Shown: positions 11,801 through 25,015, counted from the whole stretch's first letter. The stretch is DNA of 63,167 bases, filler included, from Phoronis australis (GCA_002633005.1; 5 parts of 5 records of this genome joined end to end with filler, not necessarily neighbours in it), one strand, 5' to 3'. Notes: generated by a model not told the origin, from the sequence alone. Program-made: numbers and translations.

Positions 11801-14336
11801 TATTTGGCACAGTCATCATAGTCAGTGAGCTTTTGACTTGTGGTATTTGAACTGCATACCTTTCGGTTGTAGTAGGCCTTACAGTTGTCATCACCACCTT
11901 TGAGCTTTTTTAGTATGCCAATTGTATTGTTATTGTTTCAGGAGACACAGTGCGATCCAGCATTCCTCAACATGGTTGAAAGTGATGAAAAATGCCTGAG
12001 AAGGGGAAACAGCCAGACCTGTCTAAGTTCTCTATCCATCGACTGGCGTCAGAGTCAACGAAAGAAGACTTCTTTGCGTTGAAGTTGTCCAAAGAGACAA
12101 TTGCCAAAATAGAGTTGGCCACGACTGGTCAAGGCAACAATAATTCATGGTTCGAGTTAAGAAGAGGGCGCATGACTGCGTCAAAGATTGCTCAGTTGAC
12201 TGACTCACGCTGTGAGTCAGAAAAGATCAAACTTGTCCTTGGTGAGGACACAGTGCATACGGCATTCACCTCCATGTGTCTAAACTGGGCACTAAACACG
12301 AACGTACTGCGTGTACAAAAGAGCAATGCGATTCAAACACACCAGTTTAAAGTTCGAGGAGCCAGGGCTGAAATTATCACGTAATCATCATTACATTGGT
12401 TGTTCTGTGGATGGTGTGGCATCGTGTGTCATGGACTTGAGCTTGTTGAAATCAAAAGTCAGATGACAATGGCCAACTGGTTTGTGATGAAAACTAACAG
12501 TACTATGCTCTAATACAAGGGCAAATGGTTATCTATGGTGCCAAATCTTGTGATTTGGTTCTCTTCACCAAGAAGGGTATTGAAGTTGTCAATGTACCTT
12601 TTGATGAACTTTTTTAATGAAACTCTAGGAAAGCCGAGGCGTTTTATGAGTCAGAAGTTGCGATTCATTTGCAATTCTTGTCAAAGCTATGAACGATCAC
12701 AGGTTAAAGCACACATCACGAATTTTTGTCCGACCGGTCGGAAATTGGTCGACGACCGGCCGTCGACCGGTCGTCTAGCCGACCAGCAGCCGAACAACAA
12801 CGGTCGGCTAGGAGCCGTCTGTTGAGTCGCCTTTGTATTTGGCACTTAGGTCTGCTAAGTGGTCGCCTAGCGTAGACGACCAATTCGGATTAAGCGTGGC
12901 CTTGGTCGGCAATTACCATTTTATGACTCAGTGGATGAACTTTGGCCAACAAACATTAACTGGTCGCTGTTCGTTCAGCAGTGGCAACTCCGGTCTTGAC
13001 ATCGGTTTATCAACTTCAGTTCGACTATTGAAAGGAAGTAAATCGAATCAACCTAAAGATACGAAGTGCGTGACAATACAACAGCCTAAGACTTTATGTT
13101 GAATTAATGACGGCGTGGTAAAATCAAACGTTAAGTGATATCGCGAAAGCATAATTTCTAACTTGGATATGAGACTTTTTATACAGTACATGTACAGTAG
13201 TCATCAAAACAAGCACGGAATTTAGAATTTTACAGTAAAATTGCATAAAAATCAGAATACAACGCTAGATGTTTTACGACCTCAAGTGTTTTCACTACGC
13301 GGAATGCTCAACAAGCAGCACGCATTTGCGCTCATCCGTTATTGCTCTTGATCATCACTGCATCACGCTGAATATTGCGCTTTACTACAGATAATTATTG
13401 TTCATTTCTGTATAAATTCTTAATATGCTGTAACAGCAATAGATTTTAAATTTATTTTAGGAACAACATAAACAATGGTTTGAACATAGCGCCGATCATA
13501 AGATCACGGGCCCATGAAAACGGTAGAATTTGATGGGTCTATAGTGTCATCCATCATTCATCATCATTCTGAATTTGTCGTCACTTTCGCAGTAAAAATC
13601 ATTTCGAAGCTAGAGTCTTCCTATCTAGCCAGATAGCTGTAAGAGGAGTATTTTCAAAATGCAGCAAGGTGCCAGTGTATTGAGCTCAAACAGACCTGGA
13701 AATTTCACACACCGCCCGGATAGTTACGCTCGTCACCTCGTCGTGAAGATTGTATTAACATAAGCTAAAGACCTGCAGGTGTACATGCAAAATGTGGAAG
13801 TCAATTGATATTCAACGTGCCCGTTACTGGGGAAAAACATCGGACGTCATCTTCTTGTGTAATTCTCTGCGTTTTGTAACGAAAAAAGCGTATGTCGTCT
13901 TTTTGAAAAGAGATCATTCGGGACACGTGCCACTTTCAAAAATGTTTTCGACATCTCCCATTATATGATGACAACATATCAGCAAAATATGTTCTAAAAT
14001 TCGGTTTACTGATATCAAAACTCTAAAAACATATAATGAAGGGAAAACAATTCTGATCATTTGTTGAGACGTTTACGCAATCTCGAGGGAAAACGTTTGA
14101 TTGAAGAATCCTGGAAAAAGAAACTGCCTGCTAGGTGACGCAATATTTAATTGCGTCGAAAGTCGACGCAAAAGATCACATAATAACTTTAGCATCAGAA
14201 TAATTGTGGAAAACCAATTTTTGCAACGCTGGTAAATAATTTAGAATACTCTAGGAAGGTTTTATTCGGTCTGATTTTACCCACAACGGCGCAAATTTGT
14301 ATATTTTATTTAGTAAACAGCTTCGCACCAAGGCTA
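8827..14336. mobile_element. Long-TIR DNA transposon carrying a decayed SAP-SWIM-YqaJ gene; left end lies in the N gap
   Basis: 8827-8925 (acgacgaggtgacgagcataact...gaaatttc...gagctcaa) is the reverse complement of 13670-13744; homology with 3055-3806 extends the right arm to ...ccaaggCTA at 14336. Confidence 0.65.
9401..12660 (+). pseudogene. Spliced SAP-SWIM-YqaJ (lambda-exonuclease-like) transposon accessory gene, disrupted
   Basis: Exons ~9401-9931 (SAP-like TVPQLLRWLLDRAITVNGRRKFELVQ ... AWCECPG), 10333-10488 (VDGACSH, SCTDGPAKW; completes the CxC...CxH SWIM), 10782-10908 (FDPRP) and 11942-~12660 (TTGQGNNNSWFELRRGRMTAS, YIGCSVDG, LVEIKS); GT-AG borders; several stops and frameshifts. 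Confidence 0.85.
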
Positions 14337-16372
14337 GAGGCTTTCGAGCCCTTCGGCGTAAGAACATAGTACTTGGCGTTTTACGTATACTCCAAGGGGT
14401 AAAACTTTGAAAATAGTAATTCAGGTAAACGTGGTACATGTAATTCTAACGAAAGTAGTCTGTGTTCTCATGTAGAGCATAAAAATGATTAACCCAGTGA
14501 TTCAAAAAGAAAACTCTCGCAAACGAAAACGCACACAATTTTCCGTTCTATTACACAGGTTTAAAAACAACTTCTATAAGTTTTTTGCATCGATTCTAGT
14601 GATCAACAGAGCAAGTCAAAACACTTAAGAGGGCGCAATTTCAAACCTTTGGCAGGAATCAGTGTTATAAAAATGGATTTAGATCGACGTATATTCATCA
14701 GCAATGTAGACACAACAGTTACAGACACTGACTGCGTTTGTTAACGTCTTGTTGCAATGATGAAAATAATTGTTTCTACAATCATCGATAACAAGTTTTA
14801 CCTTGATGAGTTATGATGCAATATGCGTGCCTAATATGCAGATCGGCAGTTGCAAAAATATTTACTGGGTTTGATGAATCCGTTTGTTATGAACCACTGC
14901 AATAGTATGATTACTAATTGTACTAATTGTACATTCGAAGCACATCTCATTAGAATAAAAACATACAGATGCTTGATGATCCTGGGAGTACCTGTATTAC
15001 AGGCATAAATGAAGATACATAGTTGTTAAGCCATAGAGGATAATAAGACTGACATAATATCACACTGATCCATCTACACCAGGCATATACAAAGGATACT
15101 ATATTTCAGAAAAGGACACAACTACTCATTTTTCATAGTCATAACTATTCATTTGTCATAGTATTATTAAGTCACAAACACCTAGATTTATATAAGAAGT
15201 TACATAGTACGATGCTACCCAACCTGCTCTCAAACATTTATGGAAGGCCTAAGTGGAAACATTTAACGACATATATGTATGTGTTCTATGCAAGATTAAA
15301 ACCAAGCAGAACATGTTAACTCTTCAGGACCAAAAATAAAAATATCAAAAGCAGAACATTTAGTTAAGCAAGAATTAAAACAAAACCAATACATTGAGAT
15401 TATTTTCACACAGAAGACCAAAAACAAATAAAGACCAAAATTCACCACGTCAAGAATGAAAATTTATCAAATCAGCAACTATAATTTTTCACGTGAGGAC
15501 GAAAAATTCTTCACTTCAGGATCATAATAAAATACGACCGAACTGAAAAGTTAATAAGTCTGGTTAAAAAACTTTCCATGTCAGTAACTTTTCACGCCAG
15601 GACACCACGTCACCATCCCTAAAAACTGATCCTTCAAAGTGATGGTAATGTCTATAAGAATCAATAAATTTATTATTGGACTTACGGTACGTGGAGATGG
15701 CTACGTTGCGTCCTCCTCTCGAGGACTTCACCAGGCCACTGGGTTGTCACGTGACTTGTCATGTGATCTGTCGTACAGTTTCCGCGGGATTCTCTTCAGG
15801 GCCCTATCCCATGTCCTAGGTAAGTGAAACCGCACCCCCCCCNNNNNNNNNNNNNNNNNNNNNNNNNNNNNNNNNNNNNNNNNNNNNNNNNNNNNNNNNN
15901 NNNNNNNNNNNNNNNNNNNNNNNNNNNNNNNNNNNNNNNNNNNNNNNNNNNNNNNNNNNNNNNNNNNNNCCCCCCTGTCTATTGAGGCTAGGATTCTCAA
16001 TTCTCTAGTAGATAGCTTCTTTGACGTTCACAATTGTTTTATTTCACATAATTTGTAAATATGTTGTTGACAGAAAATATTTATTTTGGAACAACGTGAA
16101 CGACCAACTGATAAGGGCCTACGTGTACATGTAACTAGCCCAGATTTTAACGTCACCGATCAAGTAAAACGAAATGCGCAGAGCTACAAGCTGTTGCCTC
16201 AGCAGTGGTCATTTTGTGTTTGATGTCACAGTCTATGATAGTGGAAACCGTAGCCTTAGTATGATTTCGAAGTTAAAACCATCGAAGTCCGTGAGTTTAG
16301 GTCATACTAGACCGTGAATTTCGCGTCTGTACTGCAAGAGTCAATATGAAAATAAAATCCCCGTTGTGAGAG

Positions 16373-17662
16373 CTCACATGTATATTTCCGCGTGTACTTT
16401 TTGGAACTTACAGCAAAAAGGAAGCTTTACATTGACTTGATCAAATAGCTACTAGAATTAGTGAGCTTGTTAAAGATTATAAGCCCATTGGCTAAACCAA
16501 GGACATATTTCATATTGTTTAAAATTCAAACCCTGATAGCAGCACTATTTCCAACTCAACAATGAAACATATGAAGGTCTAACTGCCATGTAAATGTAAA
16601 CAGCCCAATACGTCCCCTGGGTGATTGTTTCGATGCACATGTTTGGATATCTAGTTCTTCCAAGTACTCCGCCAAGTTAATAGAGACCTGAAAACAATGA
16701 GATATTAGCAACATAACAGTATGTGAAAGCTTCTTAAGAATCCAGACATAACTCATTTACAGGGAGTTGGGGGGTTAGGGCAGAGTGAGGTTNNNCCCCC
16801 CCCCCCAACTGCCAATTGATCTTGTAGCGTTTTAGGGGGCCTGGGCCATGGCACCTTAGCTGTCCTCTGAATCAACCATTGAAGATACTGGCATTGTCTT
16901 CACGAGAGTTCTTACGTAACCGTAATAGTTTCCAGTAACATAAAATTATTATCTGATGTACAACAGTAAACATAAAAATACTATTATATCCTGTACTCCT
17001 ACCAATCACTTTACTGGCTGACATTTGCAAAGATATTAAATTGAGGTTCCAAGAATATTTCTAGAGGGAAAAGAATATGCCCCTACAGACATGGTGAGAT
17101 CATTCTAGTCAACTCAACTCCTAGGTAAAGTTGTACCCAAATTAACTATCACTTTCACCATGACCCTGAAATATTTGATTTCAACAAAACCAGCCGAACT
17201 CGCATTGGATGTGAAAATTTTAAGTCTGAGTATGCAAACTATTGCGACATTCTAGTATTCCACAACCCGGTAAAAATTCGAAAGCATATATTCAATCCCA
17301 AAGTCAAATCACACAGATTTTCCTTATTTGCATTGAATTATTTGGTGCAATTAGAAGGGAATTATGCAAGTTTCAATGTGCATAACAATAGTTAACATGT
17401 TAACTGGTGAGAGTTTACTTGGGTACATTGTGACCTATGCCGGGAAGTATTCCAGCTAAGGTACTAGTAGTGGGATCGAAATGTCCTTTCGCATTCAATA
17501 ACCTAGATCCTCCCGACAAACCTGAGCAAATCAGTCAAAATAGGCAATACAATGCTTACATTGGTAATTCTGAATTTTGAGAGCCAGGAACATGCGCACA
17601 CCCAGGGGAGGCTCGAATGAGCACCCCCCACTTGCCGAAGTGGGCATGAAACGGTCAGCCTC
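16373..17662 (+). repeat. ~1.3-kb dispersed repeat, copy 1
   Basis: Colinear with 54390-55752 from ctcacatgtata to ggtcagcctc. Confidence 0.9.
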
Positions 17663-18516
17663 ATAGAAACAAAAAAATTGAGAAAACGAGACACGAGTTC
17701 ACTAAAAAGCTGTAATTCAGGAATGCACTGTGCACAGCTCTGAACATTCGCCGTTTTTTTAGTAAAAGGTCAACATGCCCACAAATTTGAGCACCCCCCA
17801 TATTTTAGGATGGGTGCGTGGATGAGGCAAGTGAACCTTGCAAATTAATGACCTGTAGTGATACGAGATTTTAAAATCAGGAGCTTCCAAGAATTACTAC
17901 GAACATAGACATAAGCACACACAATCAATGCCAATATACCAACCCGGGAAATGATTACACTTTGCCTTGGTAGTTCCCCCACCCTAGGCAATGACCATCG
18001 CTTCCGTTGGCACGAACCAGAGGCGATGCAGCTCCTATAGGCGCTCTGTACGCCGGAAGCTTTTCGGCGAATTATGCCTCGCACCGACTAAACCATCAAT
18101 ATAACGTTGTTATAAATACCTTTTGCACATACAGGAACACCTTAGGAGGTTGTCGATGTGTCTAATTCCTTCCAACTCGAACAAATACTCCCATTATGAA
18201 ACTTTTTCTTCGAGCAGTCCCTATTTCAGTGCCCGAAATCGTAAACTCACCATTTTTATACTGCGCACGCTCGAATTTTTACCGCGCTCGCTAGGTGATG
18301 TGACATCACGACCTCAATCTTTAAATAGGCCAAAGATGAGCCATTGCGGTCTTGTCAGTCAACTGTTTGTTTCCAAAATGCCACCACTTATACTTGTCTT
18401 TAATTGGCGTTACTTGTAACTGATTGCATTTCAATGAATTATTCTTTGTATTTGAAAAAAGTAAATGCTGTTGATATGACATTTAATAGTCTTTGTTCAC
18501 ATATTTGACATTTTAA

Positions 18517-19084
18517 TGTTTAACAACACGGCAAATGCACGGCTGGTTCCCGGCAGCAGGTACGCAAAGTTCGCCGATAGGACCGCAACATCTGACCTTC
18601 CGCCTTGATGGAAATATCAGCAATGTGGAGACACAGATTCCACAAGTGTGAGGATTGTCGTGGATGTATAGTTGGGGGGTTACACGGTTCTTGGTTGAAC
18701 GGTAGATAGTTGGCTAACAAGGTAGCAACAGCAAGTCGATGGAAAGCAGCATCAAAACTAACACAGTCGTTGAGTTTCTACAGACACCCAAAGTTTATTA
18801 ACTCTAGCTACAATATATATAGTGAATAGAAATATGTGTGGGTTGTGAGTGCAAAACAACAACAATATTGAGAGTTCCGGTGATTTCATCCAACTCATAA
18901 ACGTGAATGAAGTCTGGACAGCTGGTTGGCATATAGGGTTTCACTATGAGTGGTCAGTGACATAGTACACAACAACACAAGATGTCCAAATTGTTATATA
19001 TCATAAACTGTTTTGTTGGGATAGTTGTACGTCATAGGAAATGATGAAATTTGCACTTAATTAACTTCATGAGAATTCATGACA
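18517..19084 (-). mobile_element. 3' LTR of the BEL/Pao element
   Basis: On the minus strand a purine-rich tract ggccggcggag precedes TGTCATG at 19084; TATATA (~18820) then AATAAA (~18799); probable ...AACA end at 18517. Confidence 0.6.
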
Positions 19085-19248
19085 CTCCGCCGGCCGAAAA
19101 GATGAAAATACTCAAAATTTAACAATCCACTGTAAAGTTATGTTGCACTCACTCAATATCACATCAAATTAAGATATACCATAAATAGAAGTACACAAAC
19201 TACTCATATGGTTATGCACGGAATACATAGTCATTGCTTGATATGTAA

Positions 19249-20562
19249 TTAATCTGAATGTTCATCTTGGTTTTGGGTGAATAAACGCTTGATTCTTTCC
19301 ATAGCGAATTTAGTTGCTTGACGCTTGGGTCGATCAACAGCTCCTTGATTGATTTCAAAATCCGAGTTACCGTTGTTCATTATGCTACTGTTTACTTCGA
19401 GCGGGTAGAGTTTAGCTATTGGTCGGTTTGTCAATCCATTCCTTGTCTTGATGATTGCTGAACGAACGAATCCGTCAGCTCCAACATTCAAATCTTTCAC
19501 GATGCCCATGGGCCTGTTGACACGTTTTTTAGTGTCGGAATGAATGAGTACGACGTCTCCCTTGGTAATTACGTTTTTCTGAATTCTGCCACGTGTTGCA
19601 GATTGAGCGTGTCTCTCTCGGAGGGATGCTAAATATTCGTTTTTCCATCGTGTCCAAAGGTCTGTATACAGCTTATTCAAATATTTCACTCGTCTATTCA
19701 TGGAATCGTGTCGTAGAGTAAAATCTGGATCTTTAATGTCGTCAAGTTCTGTAAACTGGCGGGGTAATGTTGAAGTCATACGTCCATGGATCAAATGTGA
19801 TGGGGTAAGTGGGATTGGGTCGTCATTATCACTTGATACATATGTTAATGGCCTGTTGTTGATGACAGATTCTATTTCTGTCAGCACAGTGACCAGTTCG
19901 TCCTGCGTTACACATGATTTCCCAAGCACTTTCTTCATTGCCGATTTCGTTATACCGATCAATCTTTCATAGAATCCACCAAACCATGGGGCTCGTTTGG
20001 GGATAAATGTCCATTTGATGCATTTCTGGAGTAGATAATTTTCCACAGATTCGCTTGCAATAATATTCTTAATTGTTTCCGCTGATGATACAAAGGTGGA
20101 TGCGTTGTCGGAAATAACGTGACTTGGGAGAGATCTTCGACTGCAAAATCTTCTAAAGGCTCTTAAAAATGCTCCTGTGGTCATATCTGTAACTAATTCC
20201 AAGTGACATCCTCTAGTCACTGCACAGGTAAAGAGCAAGACATAACATTTGTTTTGTTTCGATACAGCATTTTGATAATAGAGAGTACCTGTGTAGTCAA
20301 CTCCAACAATCGTGAATGGCGGCGCTTCTTCCAACCTGTACTTCGGTAGTGGTGGATCCATGGGGATCGCGTAGGGTCGGCCATTGACTCTTAGGCATTG
20401 AACGCATTTTCGTAGCTCGGACTTGACAATCTGTCGAATTCTTGGTATCCAGTATTGCTGTCTGACTTGAGTAATTGTAGACGAAGTTCCAGCATGTTTT
20501 AACAAATCGTGTGCGTGTTTGATGATGAGAACAGAGAATCTGTCGTCAGGAGGGAGTAACAT
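19249..20562 (-). CDS. pol: BEL/Pao integrase (HHCC zinc finger, DDE core, C-terminal domain)
   Basis: 437-aa ORF: HAH..H...C..C, GVDYTG, ISDNA, APWFGGFYERL, NNRPLTY, LTPSHLI, RPIAKLYPLE. Confidence 0.95.
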   Translation of the reverse strand: MLLPPDDRFSVLIIKHAHDLLKHAGTSSTITQVRQQYWIPRIRQIVKSELRKCVQCLRVNGRPYAIPMDPPLPKYRLEEAPPFTIVGVDYTGTLYYQNAVSKQNKCYVLLFTCAVTRGCHLELVTDMTTGAFLRAFRRFCSRRSLPSHVISDNASTFVSSAETIKNIIASESVENYLLQKCIKWTFIPKRAPWFGGFYERLIGITKSAMKKVLGKSCVTQDELVTVLTEIESVINNRPLTYVSSDNDDPIPLTPSHLIHGRMTSTLPRQFTELDDIKDPDFTLRHDSMNRRVKYLNKLYTDLWTRWKNEYLASLRERHAQSATRGRIQKNVITKGDVVLIHSDTKKRVNRPMGIVKDLNVGADGFVRSAIIKTRNGLTNRPIAKLYPLEVNSSIMNNGNSDFEINQGAVDRPKRQATKFAMERIKRLFTQNQDEHSD

Positions 20563-22280
20563 CGGATACTTAGAATCCTATGGGATATTTGCATTCTCAA
20601 GCCTCCCCCGCAGCGAATGGTGTCGTCTTTGTCAAGAAATAACTTCAACTGTCGTACCAATGGACATTTCATTTTTGTTCCTCGTAAAACACTAAGTTCG
20701 CGAGAGTAATAATTGCTCTGAATGTGTTTGATTCACATTAATTTCACATTTTCCAAGTCATCCACAGTCAGTCTTTCACTTGTTGGTTGCCTGCGTAACT
20801 TTTTCACAAACTTCAAAACATAGGCTGTCACACGAAGCAAGCTGTCTAGGGTAGCAAAGCGCTTGGTGTCAATTATAACACTGAGGTCAAGTTTACAAGT
20901 TACCTCAGGGTCTATCTGTTTGGTCTGCTGTTCCTCTTGTTGTTGTTGTTGCATAACATGTCTGGTTGGTTGAGCAATAATTGGTTGTTGAATCTGTGTC
21001 CCAGCAGAGAGCAATACACTTGGGCGGTCATCTGTTAAACTGGATAAAGTACAGGGACTGTCAAAACATGACATGACAGTGCTATGTGATATACTGGTTG
21101 GATAGTCACCTGTAAGAAGAAAGCTAGGTCCATTCCACCAGAGAGCGCTTGTGTCGAGACTTGAGGCTGAAATGCCTCTAGTTAGCAGATCAGCAGGGTT
21201 CTGTTTGGTTGGGCAATATTTGATTGCATCAAACTTCTGTTTTCCAATTTCTCGTACTCTGTTTTCAACAAAAATTGGCAGTGTTTTGTCGCAGAGTATC
21301 CAGTGTAGAACAATTTGACTGTCAGACCACAAGATTGTCTTCGTTATTTCCAGGTTTGTAGAGAGAGCATTTTTCACAAAGGTCGATAATCTTGCGCCAA
21401 TCAAAGCTGCCATCAATTCCAATCGTGGTAGAGTGATTTCTTCATTCGGTTTGGCTCTCGTTTTTGTCATAACTATAGACGTTTCTTGGCCTGCTTTGAG
21501 GTAGACTGCTGCGCCATATGCAAGGGTGTTGGCATCACAAAATACATGAATTTCAACCTGTTTCTTCACAGAGTTATTGAAGTATTGGCGTGGAAGCGTA
21601 ATTGATCGAGCTGCAATCATGTCCTGGCATATGGTGTTCCATTGATCACACAGTTTGGGTGAGAGGGGGTCGTCCCATTTCCATTTCTCTAACCATAGTT
21701 GTTGAATTAAAATCTTTGCCTTGACATGTATTGGGGATAGGAATCCGAGAGGGTCAAACAAGGCGGACGTGAATTTGAGTATTTGTCGCTTGGTCACTTC
21801 ACTTCCAGGTTGAGTTGACTGTGATTGATACATTATGTAATCTGATCTTGTATCCCATCGGAGGCCAAGGACATTGACAGTCGGACTGGTGTCAGCTGTA
21901 CCATCTGCAGCTATTCTTCCCTGTAGAATGGGGTCATTTGTGACCCATGACCTTAATTTGAAGCCTGCCTGTTGCATAACATCATTGGCTTTGGTGTAGT
22001 ATTCAACTGCCAGTTGAGAGGAATTTGTTTGGTCGTCAGTTGATGTAACACCACTTAGAATATTATCCACATAAATATTCTGTTGTATGTCGCTTGTCAC
22101 AGGATCAGTATAGGTGTCCAAATGTATCTTAATGACAGAGTTCAGAATGAATGGACTAGAGCGGGAACCAAATAAAACAGACTTGAATCTGTACACTTTA
22201 AATGGGCTATCTGGATTCACTGGGTCTGTTAGCCATAGAAATTTAGTAAAGTTGCGATCGTCTTCATGTAAGCGGACATA
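20563..22280 (-). pseudogene. pol: BEL/Pao reverse transcriptase (partial) plus RNase H, 5'-truncated
   Basis: DRNFTKFLW, FGSRSSPFIL, YVDN, VLGLRW, FDPLG, FCDAN..AYGA, LPRLEL, WSDSQIVL, NPADLLTRG; a stop at 20733 and a frameshift near 20605 separate it from integrase. Confidence 0.93.
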
Positions 22281-25015
22281 ATCTCTTGGCTTACGCCGAA
22301 AGAAAATGTTGATTTCACGATTTTGGGAACTGAAATAACGGGAGTATTTGTTCGAGTTGGAAGTAATTAAATACATCGAAGACATCCTAAGGTGTTCCTC
22401 TATGCGCAAAAGGTATTTATAACAACGTGATTTTGATGGTTTAGTCGGTGCGAGGCATAATTCGTCGAAAAGCTTCCGGCGTACTGAGTGCCTATAGGAG
22501 CTGCATCACCTCTGCTTCGGGCCAACAGAGGCTATGGCCATTGCCTACCCTCCCCCCTCTTGCATTGATCACACTGACACAACCTCCTCAGAAGAAAGAA
22601 ATGTAATAAAGTAATACATGTATCTTTATGTGAACGTTATGGCTTCCTCTGAAGGACCTCCAGAAGTATATTACGCGTTAGAAGTTGAGATAATTCACAC
22701 ACAGGATGAGTCCATGTCGGTATGTGACAGCATGACTCGTGAGTGGCTGACAATGAACAGTATCCGTGTAACTGCGCCAAGTTTTCGAAAGCGCGGCACT
22801 GTAACACTAGTGGGATACCCGTTTAGGCGTATACCTCATCTCAGCTTACCAGTAGTGTCTCACTTATTTTAACACAAGATTTTTCATTTACGGTTTCAAA
22901 ATCTTGTAAATTTTCCTTTTGTTAACCTATATTCCACGCAAATGTGCCTAGCCTGCCTCCTAAAATTTCGTCACCGAAGCACACTGAGATTCCACTACCC
23001 CCAACTCAGTTGGAGTGCTCATTGACCCAGAGTTCATGGTGATGGGCCAGCATGTGGTTTCACTCTCATGTCATTACATAATAACTTGTAGCATAGTGCT
23101 GATGACCTCGTGCCACCGATGCTCTTACGGTTGCTGGCATAGTACGGGACACGTACGTAAGACCGTTGCCAATAAGTGCTCGTCATTATATCTTTATTAT
23201 AACAACGGGAACAATGAAGATGCTAGTCTAATATATTGTTCTCTATGCGACCAGGTTTCCCGTGGATGACCACAGAAGAGGAATGTATCTACAAACAATG
23301 ACCACGCACCTTAATAACTATTACCGCGCACACGAATCATTTCCGTGGAGCCTAAACACCAAATTTTTATATCCGTGTATTGTGTTGTAATGCTCATGGT
23401 ACGGGTTCAGACTCTGTTGTATTAAGATTCCAATTTCCAACCCTGTAATATGTAGTTTGAGTAAAATTTCTAGACAATGCAGGTTTATGGATTTATTCTC
23501 CTTCAAATGAAGAGTAAAAATCAAATTCTGCACAGGTTTTTTAAAAGTAATCACTTATTGGAAGATCACACATCTAAAAAATAAAACAATGTTTGACAAT
23601 TTTATTCATTATCTTATTTGAAAATTGCCTACCTCACAGACAACTCATCTAAGTTGAAAATATTTCTTGTGAAAAAATATAAAATACCAACCAGAGACTT
23701 GTGTACTACAAAATATGTTTTCGTAATACAATGCAAAGATAACTGTACAGTCAAAAGTGCAAATGTTATGACTCTAATAAAAAATTGCCTTCTAGATCTT
23801 TTCAACACTCTAATTGCTACAGGACAGAGTCAACCACACAAAGCTCATAAAGTCAGGGAATTACATTTAAGGTGATGTAGTCTCACTGCGAAAAAGTGAT
23901 TTCGCAATATTGCTGACAACACTGGAAATCTCTTCTTCACAAACTTGAGGTAGCTGTATTTACCACATCAATGTTCTTATCAAAACTAACCACCACAAAA
24001 TGAAAAATTGGCTTGTCGGTTCCAATTAGGCAGCATTTTACAATGAAATGGTCATGAAAAAATACTTTTGCAACATGGTTTGCATTACAATTGCCCTACG
24101 ATTACAGTTGTACATACATACTAGACCAGTAACAAAATTACCCATGGGAACCATAAAATGGTCAATTCGCCAAAAAAACAAGGAGCCACCAGAGCTAATG
24201 TGCCAATACTTTTCAGTACTGCAACAAAAATCATTTGAAGTGGACATAAACTCGCCTAAAATCACATAAAACAACTTTTGATTTAGATATTTTACCATCA
24301 CGAAATAGGTATTACTTCCAGGTCACTTTTGAGCAATTTCAGAACTTTGAAAGATCTGGCAATATGCAATTGCTAGAGACCAGACTAATAGTGTGCGATT
24401 TTATACACACAGCATGGTCTCAAGGAATAGCAAACTGTCAATTCGCTACAATTCCAGAAATCACTTCCCATCTGGATAAGGAACAAACTGAGCAAAGTTT
24501 ATAGAGGTAAATGGTCTAAATCAAAACTTATTACCTCCTGGACAGAATATGGGTTTACAACCCAGGCAGAAAGATAAGTTAACAAAACCAGCCTAACTGC
24601 AACAGGGTCTCAAATTTCAGTAATATATACCCATTTACAAACAAAAATCTATAATGGTAAATAAAATGCGGAAACATAAATTCAGATCAATTATGCATCT
24701 TCAAGGAAAAGGAACAGTACAGTGGTCAGAAATCATCTAAATGTGATGGCCACACTGAGAAATCCTGTCAGACCAAAAAATCCAGTGGCTAAACGAAATG
24801 AACAATGTACCATTACCATGTGGCCCAAGATCATGATCCGTGCCTGGAGAAAAATTCAGTCTTAGACTAGGTAAATTTTAGATTTGTGCTGTTCACACAA
24901 GCAGTTCTGGTGCAAACAAAGCTTGCGACAACACACAAGCCTACTTCCCTACACAGCTGTGCTGATACAATAATGCCCCCACTGGATTTAGCAGATCAGC
25001 CAGAGTATTTACAGG

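Larger units (their letters stand above)
17985..22547. mobile_element. Academ-like long-TIR non-autonomous DNA transposon enclosing a BEL/Pao fragment
   Basis: TIRs 17985-~18255 and ~22295-22547; termini TAGGCAATG / CATTGCCTA; CCC on both flanks (3-bp TSD). Confidence 0.8.

Noticed and set aside
12703-12830. TTAA|AGCACACATCACG followed by gtcgaccggtcg palindromes as a nested Kolobok MITE
   Set aside because: I could not find a matching right terminus.
19700-19972. 90-aa plus-strand ORF
   Set aside because: Antisense shadow of the integrase ORF.
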